A DNA stretch of 64,000 nucleotides from a virus (Duplodnaviria; Caudoviricetes). The notes beneath the pieces are model-generated. The model had not been told where the DNA came from. It made no database searches and was given only the letters and a program-made list of their open reading frames with translations. The stretch is from the IMG/VR virus record IMGVR_UViG_3300027917_004314; one strand, given 5' to 3'. Made by a program: the position numbers and the translations under genes. This document shows positions 57,364 to 64,000 of the stretch, piece by piece (the stretch's first letter is position 1; each line of letters begins with the position of its first letter).

Positions 57364-59037
57364 ATGACTAATTTTGGTGCTCTCAAAAGTCAGGCAGAAC
57401 TTTTGCTAGCGAAATTAGAACAGGGGAAACATTATAAAATTGGCGATCTTAATGCAAGACTGCAGCAAGCGGCCGATGAAAATCCGCAGGATGTTGTAAT
57501 AAAATCGGTAGCTAGCGTTATAGAGGACGCCTATAATAAAAATCCTGTGGCTCTGGTGAGCCAGGGGGATATGGAGAAACTTTACAACGAGTTGGTTGGC
57601 CTTAATGCAACGGGCACACGATTTCGGGAGGTTTTAGGAGACCTCCTATTATCTGAGATATCTGAAAGAGATGTCACTAATGCTGGCCATGTGAATAGTC
57701 TGCGTGATCCAGAGACTAAAGCTATTGGATACGATGTAGACGAAGAGGTTAAAACGGGGTTGGATCAACTATTTCAGATTGGATCTGATAGGTATAATCC
57801 TCAACTTGCTGCGGGTGCCAAACAAAAGGTTGAACTTGAGTTGAGATATCTAGGATTTGACAACTCCAGGGTCCGACTTGCTGGTGGAAATTCTCGATTT
57901 CTAATATTTGCTGCAGATTTAGACACAAATCGTGGTGCTATTAGGGTTTATGTACCGGCAGAGTCTTCTGGGACCAAATTCCCAAGTATCTTTGTGGCTG
58001 GGGACAGGTTTAAGGATTTGACCGCCATAGACTTAAAGGCACATTTAGAAAGAGCATCATACCATGATATTCGGCTGCCAAAAGTTTCTTCTATTCTATA
58101 TTCATTGGATCTAGCAATCAAAGCAAATCAACAAGATGTTTCTGAGGAAGATTTTAGTAAAGTTGTGTCGGCTATGCCACAAGAAAACGGGAGCGAAGGG
58201 GTCTCGAGTCCTGGTCTTTTTGCTAATCTGCCTGATCAAAAAGACAATATTAAAGACATTGAAATCCCGGTAACACCAGTTCCAAGGGAATTGAAAGTTG
58301 TTGCCTCCGACCTTGAGGAAAGTGTTATGGAAGCTGCCGTTGGATATCCACAAGCTGCTGTACGACTGGCTAAAAGAATGATTATAGCAGAGCTTATGTC
58401 TATGGGATTTAAGGGATCGCAGATCAGAGTGGCGTCCCCAACCCATGATGGTTTTATTTGCGAAGCTACATTGAACACACCGAAAGGTAAATTCAACATA
58501 GAGGTTCCAATTGAAATGAGCGGAAATGTTCCACTTCTACCTACCGTTTTTGCTAAAAACGATTATGTTGCAAAGTTTAATGCCGCAAACCTACATGCCT
58601 TAGCCATGCAAGAGGCTGGATCTGCCGATGTGTCAGTTAATCGCGACGCTGAACTATATGCCATGTCGCTTTATGAACTTAAAGATGTGGTTGTACGTGC
58701 TGCAGCTAACAAAGAATTTGATATATGTGATGAAGTTATGGAAATCGTATCTCAAAGGTTTGATGCAGATACATATCGTTCTGTCGTAGCAGACTATCAA
58801 GCTGCACTTGCGGGTGTTGAGCAATCGCGAGAGAACCTAAAGCGATCTTTCGATGACAGCGATCAGTTTGTTCGTACGCCTAATTCGTTGTACCCCATCC
58901 ATAAAAAGTTGGGGTTGCCAGCGCATGAGTTAGTGAGGGATGAAAATGGAACGTATCATAAAAAATCCACTTATAAGGCGCAGAAGGAAGCTGAAGGAGG
59001 CTTCTTTAGCACTGCTAAAGTACTAGTAGGTGACTAA
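57364..59037 (+). CDS. Hypothetical protein, probably virion-associated, with an internal domain duplication
   Basis: Two similar ELxxxGF...D/TLxTxxG...VP.E...P.xF segments. Confidence 0.75.
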   Translation: MTNFGALKSQAELLLAKLEQGKHYKIGDLNARLQQAADENPQDVVIKSVASVIEDAYNKNPVALVSQGDMEKLYNELVGLNATGTRFREVLGDLLLSEISERDVTNAGHVNSLRDPETKAIGYDVDEEVKTGLDQLFQIGSDRYNPQLAAGAKQKVELELRYLGFDNSRVRLAGGNSRFLIFAADLDTNRGAIRVYVPAESSGTKFPSIFVAGDRFKDLTAIDLKAHLERASYHDIRLPKVSSILYSLDLAIKANQQDVSEEDFSKVVSAMPQENGSEGVSSPGLFANLPDQKDNIKDIEIPVTPVPRELKVVASDLEESVMEAAVGYPQAAVRLAKRMIIAELMSMGFKGSQIRVASPTHDGFICEATLNTPKGKFNIEVPIEMSGNVPLLPTVFAKNDYVAKFNAANLHALAMQEAGSADVSVNRDAELYAMSLYELKDVVVRAAANKEFDICDEVMEIVSQRFDADTYRSVVADYQAALAGVEQSRENLKRSFDDSDQFVRTPNSLYPIHKKLGLPAHELVRDENGTYHKKSTYKAQKEAEGGFFSTAKVLVGD

Positions 59038-59040
59038 ACA

Positions 59041-59808
59041 ATGTCGTACAAATTAGCGCAATCAGCAGGCGAGGGCACTGTAACTGTAGAGGATATAAGG
59101 AAAACCCCATACTATCAACCAACGCAAACCGAGAGAAATCTAAGTAATGCTCATGCTTACATTCTATCTTTGGTTAGAGCGCTACGACATAGAGATTCAA
59201 GAATTAGGGAACAAGCACTTGTTGGGCTTGAAAAATACATGCAACCGTTCGGAGATTTGGTAAATAGAATAATCCGTGGGGCTTCGTCGGTGGATGAACT
59301 TATTAGTATTGCCGATGATCTAGACAAAATGGGAGAACACCGGCTGGCCGATAAAGTTGATAATATATTGAAAATTAATCAGTTTAAGGAAGCTGAATCT
59401 AATGTATTACGCTTGACAAAGATCGCTAACTATATGGACAGTATTGGGTTATATAAAGCGGCTGATAATATTGATGAAGCTCTAGAGTATGGATTTTTTC
59501 CAAGAGAAAGAGTTTCTGGAGAGGAATCAAAGGAACCTGAGCCAGTGCAGCCTCCGCGCGAAGGGTCTTTATCTACTAGATATTGCCCTGACCACATAGG
59601 AGTGCAAGCAGCTCGCATTTCCGAACGCGCATATCAGTGTCCAATTGATGGAAAGGTTTACAACTACGAATTAGGTTATGAAAATTATCAAGGACAAAAA
59701 GTCCCGGGCGGAAGTGTAGCGGCACAAACTCCAACTAGCAGCGATTATGGCGGCATTCCTATGAGGATATATGATAGCCGTCAGTCAATTCTGAATAAAG
59801 TAAATTAA
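59041..59808 (+). CDS. Hypothetical protein with two LAxxLDxxG...ADxxD motifs and a CxxH/C Zn site
   Basis: IADDLDKMGEHRLADKVD, IANYMDSIGLYKAADNID, CPDH...CPID. Confidence 0.78.
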   Translation: MSYKLAQSAGEGTVTVEDIRKTPYYQPTQTERNLSNAHAYILSLVRALRHRDSRIREQALVGLEKYMQPFGDLVNRIIRGASSVDELISIADDLDKMGEHRLADKVDNILKINQFKEAESNVLRLTKIANYMDSIGLYKAADNIDEALEYGFFPRERVSGEESKEPEPVQPPREGSLSTRYCPDHIGVQAARISERAYQCPIDGKVYNYELGYENYQGQKVPGGSVAAQTPTSSDYGGIPMRIYDSRQSILNKVN

Positions 59809-59825
59809 TAATAAAAAGGTGTTTC

Positions 59826-59880
59826 CGCCCGATAGATCCTCGCAAATCAAAATACGAGCATCTATACGGGCGTTTTCTTT
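59826..59880 (+). terminator. Imperfect long hairpin followed by a U-rich tract
   Basis: CGCCCGATAGATCCTCG / CGAGCATCTATACGGGCG, then TTTTCTTT. Confidence 0.6.
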
Positions 59881-59891
59881 GAAGGTGTTTA

Positions 59892-60644
59892 ATGTCATTT
59901 AGAAAAATACTCTCTCATCCAAATAGGACAATGATAATACGGATGTTGACCCAAGGTCAGGGAGTTAGGGCAGTCGCAAAGGCGGTTAAAGAATTACATC
60001 CAAGTGATAGGAAGTTGCACGTGTCAGTGCCAACTCTACAAAAATTTAGGAAAGAGAAGCTGAATTTGGATGGAAAAGCTTTGGAAGCAGTAAAACAAGC
60101 TGCTAAAGAAAAAAAAGAGATGAAAGAAGCCAAAAAAGAGGATACCGAGCTTAGAAGGATTCCCATTTATAAGGAGAAGTTGCAAGAGGCGATAGATCTA
60201 CATGTTGATATCCCACAGCAGTTGCGTGAACTTCTGGTTCTAGTAAAGGCGCGTGTTGAGGATCTTTTTGATAAATCGTCCAAGGGCGAGCTGTCCGTAA
60301 ATGAAGAAGCCAATCTTCATAAATATTTTGCTAGCTGGACAGCTACTATTCAACAGTGGGCGAAATACGTAGATAAGATTGCCGAAAGTTCTATAGACGC
60401 GAATATTAACATTACCGTAATTGAGGACCAAGTGTCGGTTATTAGAGAAACAGTGCGCGAAGTTTTAGAAGAGACAGACCCAGATTTAGCCCTAAAATTC
60501 TACGACAGGCTAAGTTCTAAGATGTCAGATCTTACGTACAAGAGAAAAAGAGAAAGTGTTAAAACGATACACACCGAAACCAAGGCGGCTTTAGAGGCGC
60601 ACATTGAGGAGGCAGAAATAGAAGATGCCAATAAATTACGCTGA
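59892..60644 (+). CDS. Hypothetical protein with an N-terminal HTH and helical body (terminase small subunit-like architecture, unproven)
   Basis: IIRMLTQGQGVRAVAKAV...VSVPTLQKF. Confidence 0.65.
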   Translation: MSFRKILSHPNRTMIIRMLTQGQGVRAVAKAVKELHPSDRKLHVSVPTLQKFRKEKLNLDGKALEAVKQAAKEKKEMKEAKKEDTELRRIPIYKEKLQEAIDLHVDIPQQLRELLVLVKARVEDLFDKSSKGELSVNEEANLHKYFASWTATIQQWAKYVDKIAESSIDANINITVIEDQVSVIRETVREVLEETDPDLALKFYDRLSSKMSDLTYKRKRESVKTIHTETKAALEAHIEEAEIEDANKLR

Positions 60645-62169
60645 CGATCTCTTAATAAATATGTCCGATGCTGGTATGACTTCTGATTTGCAACAGCTTG
60701 TATATGACGATGCTAGGGCAATGTCGGATGTCGGTGTGGAAAATGACAGGGAAAGAAACCTGTTTTTTTACTTAGACCATTTCTGCGATGATTTGTGCAA
60801 TGAATTCGGATACTCGACTTTTGATGCCAAAGATAGGAACAATATTATTTCCTTGTCTTTCAGATTTTTAAAAGGTAAGGATGATATAGACTTAACTAAA
60901 ATACGTGAAGCAGTATATACGGCGCTAAAGAAAATATTTACAAAAAAGGCCTATCCTAATATAATGGGTGTTCATGAGTCTAACGCAAAACCAAGAAGGG
61001 ATGTGAACAAATGGGTAAAGGCTCTTGGGGAGATATATACAGCCATGAGAGAAGGTAAAACCAGAGAGTCTGCTAGTCAAAAAGTAATGGAGGGATGGAG
61101 CCCAATGGAAAAATTGGATTTTGGTGCATGGGCCAGGTATTATGAATCAAAAGATCATGAGAAATATGGCATTAAGAGAACTGCTGCTCCAGTTGAAATT
61201 CCTACTCTAGAACAAGAAATTCCTCAAGAAACGCCTGAGCAGGTGATCACACCAAAAAAAGGAAAGACTCCAGAAGAGATGAAAGCTGCTCTAATTAGCA
61301 GACTAAATGCCGCTGAGAAACTTTTATATCGGTTTGTTAATGTGTGGCCCAACGATGTGTATAATAGGCTACATCAGGGCTTATCGGATCTAAAACGAGA
61401 AATAATGATACTTAGAAGTGCATCGATGATGCAAGATTGTATCATCAGAACTGCTGGTATGTGGGAGTTAAACGGATTTATAGAAGGCGCCGACATTCTA
61501 AAAAAAGTTGCTCAGCCACCAGAGGACCTGACTTCTCAGATTGAGAGGGCCTTGAGTGGTCGAGAATACGAAGGAAAGCCGGCTGTTCCGGAAGCACCGT
61601 TGCCGCCAGGTGGTGACATGGACTTTGGGGCTGGAGAACCAATGCCGCCGCCCGCAGAGTTGGAAGGTCTAGAAGGGATGGAAGTACCAGTTGGTGCTGG
61701 CGAAGAGCTGCCACCACCAGAAAAGCCACCGGAGTCGCCAAAAGAAAAACTAGAAGAAGAGGAAAAACCTACATTAGACGAAGAGGAAAATCCCTTTGCT
61801 GGTAAAACTGTGCAAGATGTTTTAGAAGTTCTTGAGCCGTTAGCCAAGCAGTTAAGAGAGAGGCAGTTTGTTAGGGCTCTAGCGAAGGCTGATATGATAC
61901 TCGATTCACTGAATATTGCTTCGCATTTCCCAGAATTGGGAGAGGCTACGGCCAAAGCCCTGGAGTTAAATATATATGTAGGTACTAGAATAAACAAGAT
62001 AGTAGAAAAGCTAAAAGGTGGTCTTAGAGAGGGAGAGAAGGAAGAAAAAGAAAAAATGCCGCCAGCTGTAGAGATGGAAGAGTTGGAAACTCCAAAGAAA
62101 AAAGTGGAGGAAGAGGCATTTGAAGTAACTGAAGAAGCCGCGCCAGCGTCTACGCCAAGAGGTAGATAA
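60625..62169 (+). CDS. Hypothetical Glu/Pro-rich protein, probably virion-associated
   Basis: Long ORF with acidic Pro-rich linkers. Confidence 0.78.
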   Translation: MPINYADDLLINMSDAGMTSDLQQLVYDDARAMSDVGVENDRERNLFFYLDHFCDDLCNEFGYSTFDAKDRNNIISLSFRFLKGKDDIDLTKIREAVYTALKKIFTKKAYPNIMGVHESNAKPRRDVNKWVKALGEIYTAMREGKTRESASQKVMEGWSPMEKLDFGAWARYYESKDHEKYGIKRTAAPVEIPTLEQEIPQETPEQVITPKKGKTPEEMKAALISRLNAAEKLLYRFVNVWPNDVYNRLHQGLSDLKREIMILRSASMMQDCIIRTAGMWELNGFIEGADILKKVAQPPEDLTSQIERALSGREYEGKPAVPEAPLPPGGDMDFGAGEPMPPPAELEGLEGMEVPVGAGEELPPPEKPPESPKEKLEEEEKPTLDEEENPFAGKTVQDVLEVLEPLAKQLRERQFVRALAKADMILDSLNIASHFPELGEATAKALELNIYVGTRINKIVEKLKGGLREGEKEEKEKMPPAVEMEELETPKKKVEEEAFEVTEEAAPASTPRGR

Positions 62170-62937
62170 ATGAAGCTGTCTGAGTTGCTGCGAGAAATTG
62201 GCAGGTTAGCAAAGGAAAACGAAATATCCGAACCATATGTGGTCGGCGGTCTTCCAAGAGATAAGATGTTTGGAATTCCTAGCAATGTAAGGGATGTAGA
62301 TATTACTACTGGTGATAACGGATCATTCGCTCTAGCAATGGCGTCCAGCAGGGAGTGGCCAGACGCAAGGTTTAGGTCATATAATGATGGACATTCGTCT
62401 ATAGATTTTAAAAATATAAGACTGGATTTTTCAAATAATTTCGAACTTCCAGGAATAGAAAAGACTTTGGAAGATAAAGGTATCAAGAATCCGTCTGATA
62501 TGCACAAAGAACTATATAGTAGAGACTTTACAATCAATACTTTGCTGCAACCAATGGATTTAGATAAAGAGCCTGTAGACTATACCGGTCTGGCCAAAAA
62601 AGATATAGAGAACAGAGTTCTAAGAACTCCTGTAGATCCAGAATTAACGATTGGATACGATGCGCGCAGGATACTTAGGGCAGTTAAACTTTCTGTGCAA
62701 TTTGGTTTAGCAATAGAATCTGAGCTTTCACAAGCTATAATAAAATACAGGGGTAGCATTAAAGAACTTCCAATGTCTTATGTGAAAAGGCAGGTTAACC
62801 AAATGCTTAATTTGGATGCCAAGAAGGCATTGGATATACTTGCTGAGCATAAATTATTACCAGTTATTCCGTTAAGCAGACTGATGACGTTAGAGTTGGC
62901 TAAGAATCGTATGGTACAACATCTGCTCGAACACTAG
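62170..62937 (+). CDS. Short class II tRNA nucleotidyltransferase / poly(A) polymerase-like protein
   Basis: YVVGG.PRD, DVDI, RDFTINTL, D..G...DI, R.LRAVK; only 255 aa. Confidence 0.85.
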   Translation: MKLSELLREIGRLAKENEISEPYVVGGLPRDKMFGIPSNVRDVDITTGDNGSFALAMASSREWPDARFRSYNDGHSSIDFKNIRLDFSNNFELPGIEKTLEDKGIKNPSDMHKELYSRDFTINTLLQPMDLDKEPVDYTGLAKKDIENRVLRTPVDPELTIGYDARRILRAVKLSVQFGLAIESELSQAIIKYRGSIKELPMSYVKRQVNQMLNLDAKKALDILAEHKLLPVIPLSRLMTLELAKNRMVQHLLEH

Positions 62938-62947
62938 GAGATGCGTA

Positions 62948-64000
62948 ATGTCTAATTCTTTCGCTAGAATGTTAAAAATTGCCGAGATGTTATACGATGT
63001 TGGAGATTCTGAAGGTTTTGAGCGGTTGTGCGTTCAATTGAACGCATATTTTAAAAAGTGCGCTCATTTTGAACCCTTGAATGATGGCATCACTCCGAAT
63101 CCGTGGAGGCATAATATGGACTATGCCGAGTGGGAAAATTCGCCGTATTATGGAAGCATGACAGAATTTATGGAGAAATTTCCTGGTGGCATTCCAGATT
63201 GGATTAAGTGGCGTCGTGAAACGCAAAAACAAAGAAATCTTATGTGGAGTAAAATATCTGCTAGGCGAGATAACACTAGAATAAAGATAGCAGCCGATAA
63301 AATTGCGCTTGTATTAAAAGCATGGTCTAAAAGGTTAAAAGACATTGCAAGGGCAGGAGCTGTAGCATATATAAATGAGATGGAGACCAGTGCAAAAAAG
63401 TGGTCCATACAGGTTAATAAATGGCGTTATATTAAAAACGATTTAGAACCATTCTTAAAAATTTTAGATAGATATATAGATGAAGAAATAGAATCTAATA
63501 ATTTGAGCGCAGTGGTTATCAGTTTGTATAAGTTTAGGAATACTCCAAAGTATAAACGGTATTCGGATTTATTCTTTAACATGATAAGTCAGATAACAGA
63601 CAGCGCTTCTGAAAGATTTTTTAATTATTTGAACGACATGGAAACAAAGTTTATGCAAGTAGCTGAAGATGAGCCGCTATGGCCAGATCCTAAATTGTTT
63701 CCAGATGATCCTGAAGGCATGTTTGAACCCACACCATTTGAACCAACTGAGGAGGAAATTGAAGAATCGCAAAAACCTACAGTTGAAGAGGAGCGGGCAC
63801 AAGCCAGGCAACTTATTGAGAAGGTATTAGAGCTGGTTACTAAAGAGGAAGCCGAAATGCTTCTCAAAGAGAGCGCTCCCAAAAAGATAGTCGAAGCTAA
63901 GTTTGTGCCTGTGGGGCCGGATGACACAAAAAAGTTTCCTAAAGAACCACACTTGTGGTCTGACGAGGGCCTCAAAAAATTTAAATCAGTAACAGATTTT
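62948..64000 (+). CDS. Hypothetical protein, truncated by the window edge
   Basis: Hand translation MSNSFARMLKIAEMLYDVG... stays open to 64000. Confidence 0.75.
   Translation, partial: MSNSFARMLKIAEMLYDVGDSEGFERLCVQLNAYFKKCAHFEPLNDGITPNPWRHNMDYAEWENSPYYGSMTEFMEKFPGGIPDWIKWRRETQKQRNLMWSKISARRDNTRIKIAADKIALVLKAWSKRLKDIARAGAVAYINEMETSAKKWSIQVNKWRYIKNDLEPFLKILDRYIDEEIESNNLSAVVISLYKFRNTPKYKRYSDLFFNMISQITDSASERFFNYLNDMETKFMQVAEDEPLWPDPKLFPDDPEGMFEPTPFEPTEEEIEESQKPTVEEERAQARQLIEKVLELVTKEEAEMLLKESAPKKIVEAKFVPVGPDDTKKFPKEPHLWSDEGLKKFKSVTDF

Noticed and set aside
170-63975. The many short antisense or overlapping ORFs in the track (e.g. 3869-4297, 56666-57295, 61536-62537)
   Set aside because: They are shadows of longer, motif-bearing genes on the other strand or frame, with no recognisable motifs.
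1-64000. Bacterial chromosome segment (gyrB, dnaE, recA, dnaJ, tig, iscS present)
   Set aside because: Housekeeping homologues are scattered among many unknown ORFs, fibre-like genes and a gp32-like SSB, without normal bacterial operon context (no gyrA/dnaN/recF, clpP, dnaK or iscU neighbours). A huge phage fits better.
1-64000. Stop-codon reassignment as in some huge phages
   Set aside because: Conserved genes are full length under the standard code, and TAA, TAG and TGA all end genes at sensible positions.
1-64000. tRNA, rRNA or CRISPR arrays
   Set aside because: Intergenic gaps are few and short; I saw no cloverleaf with a T-loop consensus and no regularly spaced repeats. tRNAscan was not run.

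Overview
This window is most consistent with a 64-kb segment of a jumbo (huge) dsDNA bacteriophage genome. It is AT-rich and densely coded in the standard genetic code, with frequent ATGA/TAATG overlaps. Every gene is on the + strand except one 1425-aa gene at the left end. Order of modules: (i) translation/proteostasis and nucleotide-metabolism accessory genes (YqeY, M16 peptidase, family-4 UDG, Pth2, dCMP deaminase, NDT-like, HAD, HD, dUTPase); (ii) a family of five ORFs sharing the N-terminus MK(I/F)RxxFVSNSS(S/T)(S/T)S, a vWA protein, an orphan Eco29kI-like nuclease and RNase HII; (iii) a 59-aa YacG-like gyrase inhibitor missed by the ORF track, coupled to an intein-containing gyrB; (iv) five DGY-rich fibre/receptor-binding-like genes, then IscS and two lipoproteins; (v) replication/recombination genes (FtsK-like, primase Zn-finger ORF, SbcDC, dNMP kinase, RecB-like nuclease, sigma factor, trigger factor, DnaE, gp32-like SSB, RuvC, DnaJ, RecA, primase catalytic core); (vi) probable virion genes with a short CCA/poly(A)-polymerase-like gene. 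I found no tRNA, rRNA or CRISPR array. All product calls come from motif recognition by eye, with no database search. The host cannot be determined from this window.
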